Positions 43,256 to 53,147 of a stretch of 64,000 bases of DNA are shown here, one piece after another; the stretch's first letter is position 1; each line of letters opens with the position of its first letter. Source of the stretch: Pseudobdellovibrionaceae bacterium (lineage in GTDB: Bacteria; Bdellovibrionota; Bdellovibrionia; Bdellovibrionales; UBA1609); contig JANXMF010000075.1 in NCBI GenBank assembly GCA_025354795.1, forward strand, positions 3,161 to 67,160, written 5' to 3'. Below the pieces are notes generated by a model. It was not told the DNA's origin. It saw only the letters and a list, made by a program, of their open reading frames with translations, and searched no databases. Position numbers and translations under genes: made by a program.

Positions 43256-44195
43256 CGTTAATGCGCAGTCACCAGAAGCCATAGTCAGTTCTTCTAATTG
43301 GACCAAGGCCACTGTAATTACCGATGGCGGCTCGGTTTATAGCAAGCCCGATTTTGATTCCCCTGTTGTCGACTATCTCCCTTTTCATGCTAAAATTTGG
43401 GTCACCAAAAAAGCCATCCAGGGCGGCGGCGGTTTGGGATTTTTTCATTTCGTGCGCTATAAAGCCAAATCCGGCTACATGGTCGACACCGACATTCACA
43501 TGTTGAAAATCAAATCGGGGAAAGAAAAGCAGCCTGACGACCCTAAAGAGGCGGCCAAGGTGACTGAGCCGGAGAAGGCCAAAGAAGCGGAAGCTCCGAA
43601 GGAAAAACCCAAAGAAAAACCCAAAGAAAAAGTCAAAGCCAAAAGCCACGCGAGGAATAAAGGCAAGAAGGACGAGGACGACGAGTCCGACAGCAAAGAT
43701 CCGCTATATTTTAAACGCTACATTGGCGCGGCCATCTCGATGGTTGGGTTCACTGAGAAATTCTCAGGCCATCAGTATTCAGATCAGATCTTGATGTACG
43801 GCCTGCGTATGAGCGGGCCAGGGACGTTGTTCGATGGACCGCCGTTGGATTTGAATATTTGGGCATCCATGCAGAGTCCGAAATACTACACGTATTTCGC
43901 CGACTCGGCGCCCAAAGGCTTTTTGATTTTCACTGATTTACTGGCCGTGTTGCCGCTCTACGAGTGGAAAACCACCATGATCACCTATGGGCTAGGTGTG
44001 ATGCTAGTTTACACCAACTACAAAGTGACTATCAAAAAATCGGTTTTTGATTCGCAAGAGGTGCGTATTGGCGCGGCGTTTGACGCCGGCGTGACCCAGC
44101 GCTTGGGCAAATATGCGATGAAGCTGGATGTAAAATATTATTACGAGAAGAGCCGATATTTTGCCTATATCGGCAGTTTTCAAACGGAGTATTGA
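43209..44195 (+). CDS. secreted SH3-like + Lys/Glu-rich + C-terminal beta-barrel-like protein
   Basis: The signal peptide (LSIGFGVCAGFSVNAQS) needs an internal TTG start (43209 or 43215), because the ORF opening at 43134 overlaps the GT2 gene. It has an SH3_3-like segment, a PKEKPKEKPKEK tract and an aromatic C-terminus (QTEY). Confidence 0.45.
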   Translation: MFLKLSIGFGVCAGFSVNAQSPEAIVSSSNWTKATVITDGGSVYSKPDFDSPVVDYLPFHAKIWVTKKAIQGGGGLGFFHFVRYKAKSGYMVDTDIHMLKIKSGKEKQPDDPKEAAKVTEPEKAKEAEAPKEKPKEKPKEKVKAKSHARNKGKKDEDDESDSKDPLYFKRYIGAAISMVGFTEKFSGHQYSDQILMYGLRMSGPGTLFDGPPLDLNIWASMQSPKYYTYFADSAPKGFLIFTDLLAVLPLYEWKTTMITYGLGVMLVYTNYKVTIKKSVFDSQEVRIGAAFDAGVTQRLGKYAMKLDVKYYYEKSRYFAYIGSFQTEY

Positions 44196-45943
44196 ACGTG
44201 AAAATTCAAGTTCTCGCATCCCATGTCATTGATCAAATTGCCGCGGGTGAGGTGCTCGAGCGCCCCGCGAATCTGGTGAAGGAACTGGTGGAAAACAGTC
44301 TCGACGCGCAAGCCAGTCAAATCGATGTGACTTTCGAAGCGGGGGGACGCCAGCTTTTGGTGATCGACAACGGCCTCGGCATGACGCATGAGGATCTGCA
44401 GTTGGCGATTCACCGCCATGCCACGAGTAAAATCACCCACAGCGAGGATCTCTTTAAACTAAACAGTTTCGGTTTTCGCGGCGAAGCTTTGGCGAGTGTG
44501 GCGGCCGTCAGCCAACTGACGCTAACGGCGCGCGCGCGCGGCTCGGACCAGGGTTACCGTCTGCAAAATCATTTTGGCCAAGCCGGATCGCCGGCTCCGC
44601 TCTCGGCGTTGGAGGGCTGCGAAGTGCGCGTGACCGAACTTTTCGGCAACGTCCCCGCGCGCCTTAAATTTTTAAAATCAGATGCCGCTGAGAATGGGCA
44701 GATTAAAAATACCCTCAAGGCGCTGGCTCTAGCGCATGAGAGTGTCGGTTTCAGTGTGCGCTCCAAAGGTGAACTGCTCTTTCATTGGCCGGCTCAGCAG
44801 AGCTTCAAGGCGCGGGGTCAATTGGTGTTGGAGAATTCTGAATTGTTCGAAGGCGTCTATGAATGCGACGGCTTGCGCGCTGAGGTCTTGGTCAGTTCGC
44901 CCAAAAACGTCGGCAAGCTCAATCGCAATATGTGGTTTTTCGTACAGAACCGATGGGTACAAGATCGCAGTCTGGGCGCGGCGGTCATGGAAGCCTATCG
45001 CAATCTACTGATGCATGGTGAGTATCCAGCGGCTGTGGTGCGATTGTTCCTGTCACCTGAGGACGTGGACGTGAATGTTCACCCGGCTAAGTCGCAGGTG
45101 AAATTTCGCGACCCGCAACTGGCGTTTCGCGTAACGTGCCGGGCGGTTCGCGCGGTTTTAGAAAAATCGCCGTGGCTCAAGCAACAGGAAGATTTTGTGC
45201 CCGCGGTTCGTGCTGCAGCACCGGCGACTCCCACCGATTCCGACAATTTTAAATTTGAAGGGCGCGAGTTCGAACGCACGCAATATGCCACCAAGTCTTT
45301 TGCCGTAGCACAGGTGCGTGAGGTGCTCGAGCCCGTTCGCGGCACTTTAGAGGTTTTCCGCTGGGGGGACTTGCAAGTCATCGGACAACTCAACCACACA
45401 TACATTGTGGCGCAGACCGCGGAAGCGCTTTATTTAGTGGATCAACATGCGGCGCACGAGCGCGTAGTGTTCGAACGTTTGATGGAGAGTTTCAAAAACG
45501 GAAATATTGAAGTGCAAAATCTGTTGATGCCCTTGGTCTTCGATTTTCCGCGTGAAGAAATTGAAACCCTGCTCGCCCACCGCGAAGCTATTTCTAAGCT
45601 CGGAGTGAGCCTTGAGCAGATGGGGCCTGAAAGCATAGCGGTGCAAGCGATCCCCGTAATCGTCAAAGAAGCAGCGGTGAGCGAAGCGCTTCATAAATTG
45701 GCCTATGAAATGGCGAATTCGATCGGTGAGTTGGCGTGGGAAAAGGCGGTGGGCGATATCTTGGCTTCGATGGCTTGCCATTCGGTGGTGCGCGCAGGAC
45801 AAGCTCTGAGTGCAGGCGAGATGCAAAGCCTGCTTCAGCAGATGGATCAATATCCGCTCTCCAGCTTTTGTCCGCATGGACGCCCGGTGTTTAGCAAGCG
45901 CCGATTGGCCGACATCGACCGGGAGTTTGGCCGCATTGTCTAA
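44192..45943 (+). CDS. mutL: DNA mismatch repair protein MutL
   Basis: It has the GHKL ATPase motifs VIDQIAAGEVLERPANLVKELVENSLDA, DNGLGM and GFRGEAL, plus a C-terminal dimerisation domain. Confidence 0.95.
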   Translation: MNVKIQVLASHVIDQIAAGEVLERPANLVKELVENSLDAQASQIDVTFEAGGRQLLVIDNGLGMTHEDLQLAIHRHATSKITHSEDLFKLNSFGFRGEALASVAAVSQLTLTARARGSDQGYRLQNHFGQAGSPAPLSALEGCEVRVTELFGNVPARLKFLKSDAAENGQIKNTLKALALAHESVGFSVRSKGELLFHWPAQQSFKARGQLVLENSELFEGVYECDGLRAEVLVSSPKNVGKLNRNMWFFVQNRWVQDRSLGAAVMEAYRNLLMHGEYPAAVVRLFLSPEDVDVNVHPAKSQVKFRDPQLAFRVTCRAVRAVLEKSPWLKQQEDFVPAVRAAAPATPTDSDNFKFEGREFERTQYATKSFAVAQVREVLEPVRGTLEVFRWGDLQVIGQLNHTYIVAQTAEALYLVDQHAAHERVVFERLMESFKNGNIEVQNLLMPLVFDFPREEIETLLAHREAISKLGVSLEQMGPESIAVQAIPVIVKEAAVSEALHKLAYEMANSIGELAWEKAVGDILASMACHSVVRAGQALSAGEMQSLLQQMDQYPLSSFCPHGRPVFSKRRLADIDREFGRIV

Positions 45944-46874
45944 GTACTATCCGTTTATCCTGGTGGTGGGTCCGACCGGCGCCGGAAAATCGGCGCTGGG
46001 TTTGCGCCTAGCGGAAAAATATAAGGCCGCGATATTAAACTGTGATAGTTTACAAGCCTATCGGCGTCTCGACATTGGCACTGCCAAACCGTCGCTTCAG
46101 GAGCGGGCCCGGGTTCCCCATTTCCTGTTCGATGTTTTAGAACCCGGCGCGGAATTCACCGCCGGTGATTTTCGCCGTATGGCGCTTGAGGTGCTCGAAC
46201 GCGAACTGCGGTCGGCCCCGGTGATCGGTGTGGGTGGCAGCGGATTTTATATCCAGGCCCTCGAAAAGGGCATGTACGATGTGGTTAAACCCGATCCTGA
46301 GATTGAAAAAAAATTGCGGGCCGAACTTGCTTCTGAGGGGCTGCCGTCAATGTACTCGCGTCTGCAGAATCTCGATCCGGTCCATGCCGAAGTCTTGAGT
46401 CCCAATGACTCCTATCGGATTCTGCGAGCCCTAGTCATTATCCAAGACAGCGGTAAAAAAGTGAGCGAACTGCGCGCCGGAATGCCGGTGATCGAATTTC
46501 CATATCCGCTTTTCAAGCTTGGTCTCGCGCCCTCGCGGGAGTGGCTGCTTCCGCGCATCGTGCAGCGAACGCAAGAAATGTTGCGACGAGGAATGCTCGA
46601 TGAGGTCCGGGCACTGCGCGCGGAGGGCTTCGGGACTTGGCCGGCACTCAAGAGCATCGGCTACCGCGAATGCGGAATATTTTTAGACGGAAGCTTGGCC
46701 GAGATTCAGCTCGCGCCCCTGATCGTCGAAAAAACCATGCAGCTCGCGAAAAAACAAAAAACTTGGTTTAAGCGCGATCAACGGATTCGCTGGCTCGGCG
46801 TAGACAACCCTGAATCCGAGGCCTGCGCTTTCTTGACAGACACCGCTAAAATCTCCATCATAGCCGAGAGGTGA
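45936..46874 (+). CDS. miaA: tRNA dimethylallyltransferase
   Basis: It has the P-loop VVGPTGAGKSAL and the DSLQAYRRLDIGTAKP motif. I prefer the TTG at 45936, which lies 10 nt after GGGAG. The ORF opening at 45810 lies inside mutL. Confidence 0.9.
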   Translation: MSKYYPFILVVGPTGAGKSALGLRLAEKYKAAILNCDSLQAYRRLDIGTAKPSLQERARVPHFLFDVLEPGAEFTAGDFRRMALEVLERELRSAPVIGVGGSGFYIQALEKGMYDVVKPDPEIEKKLRAELASEGLPSMYSRLQNLDPVHAEVLSPNDSYRILRALVIIQDSGKKVSELRAGMPVIEFPYPLFKLGLAPSREWLLPRIVQRTQEMLRRGMLDEVRALRAEGFGTWPALKSIGYRECGIFLDGSLAEIQLAPLIVEKTMQLAKKQKTWFKRDQRIRWLGVDNPESEACAFLTDTAKISIIAER

Positions 46875-46878
46875 GTCG

Positions 46879-47751
46879 ATGCGCAGTATGACGGGTTACG
46901 GTACGAGCCAAAGTAAAAACCGCCAGCTGGAAGTCGAAGTCCACGTCAAGTCCGTTAATGGCCGTTTTCTCGAAGTGCGCTTCCACCTTCCCAAAGAATA
47001 CTCGCCGTTCGAAAATGATCTGCGCCGTGTGTTTAGTGGCTGGGAGCGTGGCACAGTCGATGTCTACGTGCACCGCCGACCCGGCGCCGAAGTGCGTATG
47101 CAAACCGTACATATTCGCGAAAAAAATGCGCGCCATTGGAGCGTGCAACTCAAAAAGTTAGCAAAAGAATTAAAGGTGAGCCAGGACCTTTCGTTGCGCG
47201 ACATTTTGCAAATGCCATTCGTGATGGAACATCAGGACCGTTTGAGCCTGCTCCCCGGCGAGTTGAAATTTGTCGAAACTCAGTTGCGCAAAGCCGCGGA
47301 CAAGTGTCAGGAATTTCGCGCCCGCGAAGGGGGTATGTTGCAAAACGAGCTTCTCGCACAACTGAAAGATCTTGAGGCAGCCACCAAAAGCATGGAGGGC
47401 GGGCGCGCGGAATCGATGGCTGGCCTTGAGCAGCGACTCAAGTCCAGACTGTCGACGCTGGCAACCGAACACCTGGACGCCGCGAAATTGGCCTTGGAAA
47501 CAGCGCTAATGATCGACAAAATGGATGTACGCGAGGAGATCGTAAGGCTCACCGAACACATCAGGGCTTGCCGCGACCTGATTGATGACGGTGAGGCCAA
47601 GGGCAAGAAACTGGATTTCTATTGCCAGGAGTTACTGCGCGAGGTGAACACCATCGGTTCCAAAGCGCAATTGGCCGCGCTCACTCAGGTGGTGGTGCAA
47701 GCCAAATCCGTAATCGAAAAATTCCGCGAGCAGGTGCAAAATATTGAATGA
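46879..47751 (+). CDS. yicC: YicC-family stress-induced protein
   Basis: It has the MRSMTGYG N-terminus, SVNGRFLE, and C-terminal DVREEIVRL...QELLREVNTIGSK motifs. Confidence 0.85.
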   Translation: MRSMTGYGTSQSKNRQLEVEVHVKSVNGRFLEVRFHLPKEYSPFENDLRRVFSGWERGTVDVYVHRRPGAEVRMQTVHIREKNARHWSVQLKKLAKELKVSQDLSLRDILQMPFVMEHQDRLSLLPGELKFVETQLRKAADKCQEFRAREGGMLQNELLAQLKDLEAATKSMEGGRAESMAGLEQRLKSRLSTLATEHLDAAKLALETALMIDKMDVREEIVRLTEHIRACRDLIDDGEAKGKKLDFYCQELLREVNTIGSKAQLAALTQVVVQAKSVIEKFREQVQNIE

Positions 47752-48320
47752 ACACCGCGGATCCTAAATTGCTTTTGATTATCGGTCCCACCGCCGTTGG
47801 CAAGTCCACTCTCATTGAGCGGGCCCTGGTGGATTTCTCCGTTCTTGAGGATATAGTCACTTACACCGCGCGCCCCATGCGCGCGGGAGAATCCGAGGGG
47901 CATCCGTACCATTTCATCAGCGAAGAGCGTTTCAAAGAGCTGATCGCCCAAGGCTTTTTTATCGAATGGGCCCTGGTCCACGGTCGCCACTACGGCGTGG
48001 GTCGCGATCAAATTCAGACGGCGCACACGCGCAGCAAGATCTTGGTGGTCGACATCAACGTTCAAGGCGCTAAGACCGTGATGCGTGAATTCGCCACTGC
48101 GGTCTCCGTTTTCATTCAGCCGCCCGCAATTGATGCGTTGCGAAATAGGTTTATCAAGCGGGGAATCACCGATCACGAGGATCTGGCTCGGCGACTGAAA
48201 AGTGCCGAGCTCGAGCTGGCCCAGGCGTGCGACTTTCACCACATCATTATCAACGATGATTTTGACTCTGCCTACGGCCAACTGCGAAAAATCATTGAAA
48301 AATTAGAGAAAAATCAATAA
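47748..48320 (+). CDS. gmk: guanylate kinase
   Basis: It has the P-loop GPTAVGKST and YTARPMRAGESEGHPYHFIS. Confidence 0.9.
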   Translation: MNTADPKLLLIIGPTAVGKSTLIERALVDFSVLEDIVTYTARPMRAGESEGHPYHFISEERFKELIAQGFFIEWALVHGRHYGVGRDQIQTAHTRSKILVVDINVQGAKTVMREFATAVSVFIQPPAIDALRNRFIKRGITDHEDLARRLKSAELELAQACDFHHIIINDDFDSAYGQLRKIIEKLEKNQ

Positions 48321-48346
48321 GGTAACAAATTCAGTTCATTGTCTGG

Positions 48347-48607
48347 TTGAACGAGGAGTTGCGCTTGGCACGAATCACAGTTGAAGATTGTTTGGACAAG
48401 GTCCATAACCGTTTCGCCTTAGTTTTGCTTGTGGCAAAACGCACCAAGCAATTGATGAAGGGCGATGAATGCCTGGCTCCGGGACGCAATAATAAACATG
48501 TGGTCAATGCCCTACGTGAAGTGGCGGCGGGCGCGGTTTACTTTGATACAACGGATCCCGAAGGTTTGACTCCAGACCAGCAGGTACAAAGCGATCTTTC
48601 GCGCTAA
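48347..48607 (+). CDS. rpoZ: DNA-directed RNA polymerase subunit omega
   Basis: [16 protein letters not shown] is the omega motif. It sits in the conserved gmk-rpoZ-spoT synteny. Confidence 0.85.
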   Translation: MNEELRLARITVEDCLDKVHNRFALVLLVAKRTKQLMKGDECLAPGRNNKHVVNALREVAAGAVYFDTTDPEGLTPDQQVQSDLSR

Positions 48608-48707
48608 ATTTTTGGATTTTCCTCTCGAGTTCACGCCGGAATCTTCCGTGTAATACTTAAGGTGATATTCAAATGATTGTGATGGTCCAAAAAGCGAAAG
48701 CGGAGCG

Positions 48708-50930
48708 ATGAGCGAGTCCGCTATTGAACTTAGACCCACTGACACTAGCCCACAAAGTCTCGATGAGCTTTTTGAACGCATTCGTGTTTATTTTCCCAAT
48801 GCCGACTTAAGTCTAATTCAAAAGGCCTATGAGTTTTCGGAAAAAGCCCACTCCGGGCAAATCCGTCGCAGTGGTGACCCCTACATCATTCATCCGCTGG
48901 GCGTAGCCGCGATCCTTGCGGAGCTGCATCTCGATTTGGCTTCGATCGCCACGGGCTTGCTCCATGATACTGTCGAAGACACCCAAGTTACGCTGCCGGA
49001 TATTGAAAAGAATTTTGGACCGACCGTCGCCCGCTTGGTCGACGGTGTGACCAAAATATCGTTGATGAAATTTCGCAACACCCACGAAAAGCAGGGCGAG
49101 AATATACGCAAAATGATCGTGGCCATGGGTAAGGACGTGCGCGTGGTGTTAGTGAAACTCGCGGACCGTTTGCACAATATGCGCACGCTCAATCATATGC
49201 CGCCCGACAAACAGGCGCGCATCGCCTCGGAGACGCTGGATATCTACGCGCCGCTCGCGACCCGACTCGGCATCAACGCGATCAAAATTGAACTCGAAGA
49301 CTTGTCTTTTCGCTATGTTTTTCCGGAAGTGTATTACTCGCTGGCGCAAAAAGTAGCCAAGAAAAAACGTGAGCGGGAAAAGTACATAGAGGATGTAAAA
49401 AAAATTCTCAATGTCGAGCTGGATAAGCGCACGCTGATCAAATTCGAAGTGGCCGGCCGACCTAAACACCTTTGGTCTATTTATCGAAAGATGCACACGC
49501 GCAGTATCGATTATGAGCAAGTGTTTGATGTGCTGGCTTTTCGCGTGAACGTCAATAGCGTCGCCGAGTGCTATGAGGTTTTAGGATTGGTCCACTCCCT
49601 GTGGAAACCGATTCCGGGCCGTTTTAAAGACTTTATCGCCATGCCGAAGAACAATAGCTACCAGTCGCTCCACACCACCGTGATCGGTCCCGGAGCCGAG
49701 CGTATTGAAATTCAAATTCGTACCTATGAGATGCATTTGATCGCCGAGAAAGGCATTGCCGCTCACTGGCAGTACAAGGAAACTTCCGACGAGGGCGATG
49801 TTGATCAAGAAAATCTCAAACGCTTCAACGGCCTGCGCGAACTGATCCGCGAACACCAAACCACTACCAATCCCGATGAGCTGCTCGAAAATTTTAAGAC
49901 CGATCTCTTTGACAATGAGATCTACGTGTTTACGCCCAAGGGCGACGTCAAAGAATTTCCCGAGGGCGCAACCCCGATCGATTTCGCCTTTTCGGTGCAC
50001 ACCGATGTCGGCAACCGCATTGTCTCGGCGCGGGTGAACGGCAAAATGGTTTCGATCAAACACCGTTTGAAGAGCGGCGACACCATCGAAGTCATCACTT
50101 CGAAAACCCAACAGCCTTCAAAGGATTGGCTCAAGAGTTGTATCACCACCCGCGCCAAGTCTAAGATTCGCCAATTTGTAAAAACCGAAGAACGCAAACG
50201 CGCTTACGATCTGGGCAAAGAAATGCTCGACAAGTATTTCCGCAAAGCCGGCATGAGCATTCAACGGGCCCTCGAAAAGCCGGAGTTTGAAACTTTTGCC
50301 CGCGATCAGGGCTGCGGCAATGCCGAGGATGTCTTTGTCAAAGTTGGCTACGGCGCGATCACCCCGGCGATAGTCATGGCCGGTTTGAAGATTGAAGTGC
50401 CGACCGGTAAAGAGGCGCCCAAAGAAGACGGCTATATCAAAAAAGCTTTTCAGGCAGCGATCGGTAAGAAAAAACAAACGGCTTCGCTGATTCGCGTGGA
50501 CGGACTTAACGACGTGCTGGTGCGTTTTGCCAAATGTTGCAACCCTATTCCGGGCGATTCCATTTTGGGCTTTATCACCTTGGGTCGCGGCTTGGTCATT
50601 CACCGCGCGGACTGTTCCAAAACTTTTGAACTCGATCAGGCGCGGCGCATGGATGTCGAGTGGAGCGGTTCCCAGGCCCCCGACACTGGCCGCACGGTTT
50701 CGATTCGAGTCTTAAGTCATGACACTCCCGGCTTGCTCAAGAGTATGAGTGAGGTTTTTGCCACGCACGCAATCAACATTCTCAATGCCCAGGCGCGCAC
50801 CACCAAGGACTTAAAAGGCATTTGCACTTTTGATGTGAGCATTCGTGATACTCGACAATTGTCGGAAGTCATGGGGGATTTGAGTAAACTTAAGGGTGTG
50901 ATTGGGGTTACTCGGATTACTCATGCGTGA
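48708..50930 (+). CDS. bifunctional (p)ppGpp synthetase/hydrolase (RelA/SpoT homolog)
   Basis: It has an HD hydrolase domain (HPLGVAAILAEL...LHDTVEDT), a synthetase domain (YQSLHTTV), and TGS and ACT domains. Confidence 0.95.
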   Translation: MSESAIELRPTDTSPQSLDELFERIRVYFPNADLSLIQKAYEFSEKAHSGQIRRSGDPYIIHPLGVAAILAELHLDLASIATGLLHDTVEDTQVTLPDIEKNFGPTVARLVDGVTKISLMKFRNTHEKQGENIRKMIVAMGKDVRVVLVKLADRLHNMRTLNHMPPDKQARIASETLDIYAPLATRLGINAIKIELEDLSFRYVFPEVYYSLAQKVAKKKREREKYIEDVKKILNVELDKRTLIKFEVAGRPKHLWSIYRKMHTRSIDYEQVFDVLAFRVNVNSVAECYEVLGLVHSLWKPIPGRFKDFIAMPKNNSYQSLHTTVIGPGAERIEIQIRTYEMHLIAEKGIAAHWQYKETSDEGDVDQENLKRFNGLRELIREHQTTTNPDELLENFKTDLFDNEIYVFTPKGDVKEFPEGATPIDFAFSVHTDVGNRIVSARVNGKMVSIKHRLKSGDTIEVITSKTQQPSKDWLKSCITTRAKSKIRQFVKTEERKRAYDLGKEMLDKYFRKAGMSIQRALEKPEFETFARDQGCGNAEDVFVKVGYGAITPAIVMAGLKIEVPTGKEAPKEDGYIKKAFQAAIGKKKQTASLIRVDGLNDVLVRFAKCCNPIPGDSILGFITLGRGLVIHRADCSKTFELDQARRMDVEWSGSQAPDTGRTVSIRVLSHDTPGLLKSMSEVFATHAINILNAQARTTKDLKGICTFDVSIRDTRQLSEVMGDLSKLKGVIGVTRITHA

Positions 50931-50989
50931 GTCGTGGATACCGACGGATACGACATTTCACAAAGCCTTAGTCCGATTTCGATCGCCGT

Positions 50990-51208
50990 TCAGTCGACAG
51001 GCGGTGAATTTTGTTGCAGAGTCTTAAGCAGAGCATTCACTTCCTTGGGCAAAAAGTGTTCGCCATACATAGAAATTGTTTGGCCTATTTTCATGGCGGT
51101 ACCTTTGAGCTGCCCCATCTCTTTGACTAAGATTTCAGTTTGTGCCAGCCGCTTGAGCCAAGCGCTGTCAATACGGAGGCATTTGTGGTCAGCCTGAGCG
51201 CGGGTGGT
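50990..51208 (-). pseudogene. remnant of an ABC1/UbiB-family kinase N-terminus
   Basis: This stop-to-stop frame has no plausible start. It encodes ...LKGTAMKIGQTISMYGEHFLPKEVNALLKTLQQNSPPVD*, which resembles the UbiB/ABC1 motif (K-hG-Q-x-hS-x-R-x-D-hhP-x-E-x-x-x-E-L-x-x-L-Q-D-x-x-P). It breaks off right after the motif. Confidence 0.35.
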
Positions 51209-51284
51209 CTAGTCCAGCAGGCCTCGCAGGCGTTGCCCTTTAAGCTGACGCTGACTGGGCCATGGCTTGGGTAGTGAAAATGCT

Positions 51285-52154
51285 TTAGAACGGAACCGCT
51301 AGACCGGCGCGCACTTCAATCCAGGAAGCTTCCACCTCGTTGGACTTTGGCAAGAGTCCGTATTCGATGCTGATGGGAATGTACATCGTCGGTGAAAGAA
51401 ACCAATCCAGTCCGCCGCTAATTAAGATCACACTGGTGTTGCTAATACTGCCGGAGTCGAGGGCCGAGGCGGATTTGGAAGCGGGGAACATCAAGCTCAT
51501 GCCGCCGCCTAGCCATGGGCGATAATTGCCTTCGCTGAACACGTAGCGACCGAGAAAATCGGCGGCGATATAATAGATGCTGGCGTTACATGCATCGGTG
51601 CCGGAGGTGCCGCAGATGGAAGAGCCTCTTGCACTAAAACTCTCGAGACCGCCAAGACCGCGAAACCAGATTTGCGGAAATAGTTCGTAATCAAACAGAC
51701 CCTTGGCGCTGAACGATGTCCCGGACAAGGCGGCATCGGCCGCGACCTTGGTGATGGGGTTCGTCACGCGCACCTTCATGCTGTCCATCGCCAGGCCCAA
51801 AACGCCGCCCCAATAAGACCTGCCGGTCGGTTGGGCGGTGTGTTTGCTGCGGCCTTTGGAGGCGTTGCCGCCTCCGCCACTTCGAGCTTGCAGAGTCATG
51901 CCGGCTTCGGCCTTACCCTTGGTGATCTTAGCGATGGCTTTGTCGCCCTTAACTTTGGTAATTTGCAAAATGCCGCGCTTTTTGCCGTCCGAACTCAGGG
52001 CGAAAAACTGATCGCCGGCAGAGGCGGAGTCACCCTTCAGATCGATCAGTGCGCTGCCGCCTTTCACTTTGGTGACCTCGGCCGCAAACGAAAAGACGCT
52101 GTGAAAAGTGAGTATCAAAGACCAAACTAAAACGATATAGAGATTGCGCATCAT
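51285..52154 (-). CDS. outer-membrane beta-barrel protein with N-terminal soluble domain
   Basis: It has a signal peptide (SVFSFA), Gly-rich strands and a C-terminal Phe (LAVPF). Confidence 0.5.
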   Translation of the reverse strand: MMRNLYIVLVWSLILTFHSVFSFAAEVTKVKGGSALIDLKGDSASAGDQFFALSSDGKKRGILQITKVKGDKAIAKITKGKAEAGMTLQARSGGGGNASKGRSKHTAQPTGRSYWGGVLGLAMDSMKVRVTNPITKVAADAALSGTSFSAKGLFDYELFPQIWFRGLGGLESFSARGSSICGTSGTDACNASIYYIAADFLGRYVFSEGNYRPWLGGGMSLMFPASKSASALDSGSISNTSVILISGGLDWFLSPTMYIPISIEYGLLPKSNEVEASWIEVRAGLAVPF

Positions 52155-52225
52155 GGATGTCGACTCCCGGCAAAGCGTACCTTCAGTTTAGGGTATTTCT
52201 GAATCGGAATGCAAACTTGGGAGGA

Positions 52226-52591
52226 TTACCTAGTCTTAGGTAATGAGTTCGATAAGTCCAATTTTGCCAACGTCAAAGCCACGGCGTCGGATGTCTTTTC
52301 GTAGAGTTCCTGGGCCGAAGCAAAGCGATAATAACAACTAAATGTCTCGTCTTGCACGGGCTGCACCCGCATTTGATAACCATCACCCTCATAAACATAA
52401 AGATCCGCGCGGGGATTGCTTTCGATTATCAGCCAAGCTGGACGGGAGAATTCATGATCGCAAGTTTGCAAATTCGCCAGAGCCGAATAGCCGGCCCACT
52501 GAAGTCCTTGCGATTCAACAAACTTGCGGCCGTCGGATTGATAAACCGAGCAGCCGAGTATAAATGGAATGAGTAGCCACATCGCACGCAT
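52226..52591 (-). CDS. hypothetical lipoprotein
   Basis: It has a lipobox (FILGC) after a short signal peptide. It is 121 aa with no recognised motif. Confidence 0.45.
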   Translation of the reverse strand: MRAMWLLIPFILGCSVYQSDGRKFVESQGLQWAGYSALANLQTCDHEFSRPAWLIIESNPRADLYVYEGDGYQMRVQPVQDETFSCYYRFASAQELYEKTSDAVALTLAKLDLSNSLPKTR

Positions 52592-52629
52592 CCCTTAAGG
52601 TTAAAAGGGATTGCGAGAGAATGTCCAAT

Positions 52630-53058
52630 TTAAAAAGGAATCTCGTCGGAGTTATCAAACGCTGGTTCCGGACCAAACTCCTGAGTCGGGAATTCGTTAC
52701 CGGCTTGACCGCTGGAAGCGGACGGTGAGCCACCGCCCAAAAACTGCACCGTATTCGCTACGATTTCAGTGGTATAGCGCTTCTGACCCTGGGGATCTTC
52801 CCACGAGCGGGTTTGCAGGCGGCCTTCGACATAACACTGGCGGCCCTTGACTAAATATTTGCCGCAGAGCTCGGCCAACTTGCCCCACACCACGACCCGG
52901 TGCCATTCGGTGCGCTCCTGTTTTTGCCCCTGTTTGTCGGTCCAATTTTCACTGGTGGCAATCGACAAGCGCGCGACATTGTTGCCGCCGGTGATCGTTT
53001 TGAGCTCAGGATCCGCACCCAAACGGCCCACTACAATAACTTTATTCACGCCTGACAT
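52630..53058 (-). CDS. ssb: single-stranded DNA-binding protein
   Basis: It has the OB-fold N-terminus [34 protein letters not shown], and an acidic tail ending DEIPF. Confidence 0.95.
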   Translation of the reverse strand: MSGVNKVIVVGRLGADPELKTITGGNNVARLSIATSENWTDKQGQKQERTEWHRVVVWGKLAELCGKYLVKGRQCYVEGRLQTRSWEDPQGQKRYTTEIVANTVQFLGGGSPSASSGQAGNEFPTQEFGPEPAFDNSDEIPF

Positions 53059-53073
53059 AATCCCTCCATAAGT

Positions 53074-53111
53074 AAAAAAATGAATTGAGGCTACAAACTA
53101 GATATCCTCAA
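53074..53111 (-). terminator. possible rho-independent terminator of the gsp operon
   Basis: On the minus strand, UUGAGG-(15 nt)-CCUCAA is followed by UUCA and a 7-U run. The stem is short and the loop large, so confidence is moderate. Confidence 0.4.
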
Positions 53112-53147
53112 CTGGGGTGAAGTCAAGCCCAGTGCATGGGGTCGGTC

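Noticed and set aside
50934-51197. This is the plus-strand 87-aa ORF immediately after relA/spoT.
   Set aside because: It has poor sequence character and no RBS. The opposite strand carries a recognisable, though truncated, ABC1/UbiB-like motif.
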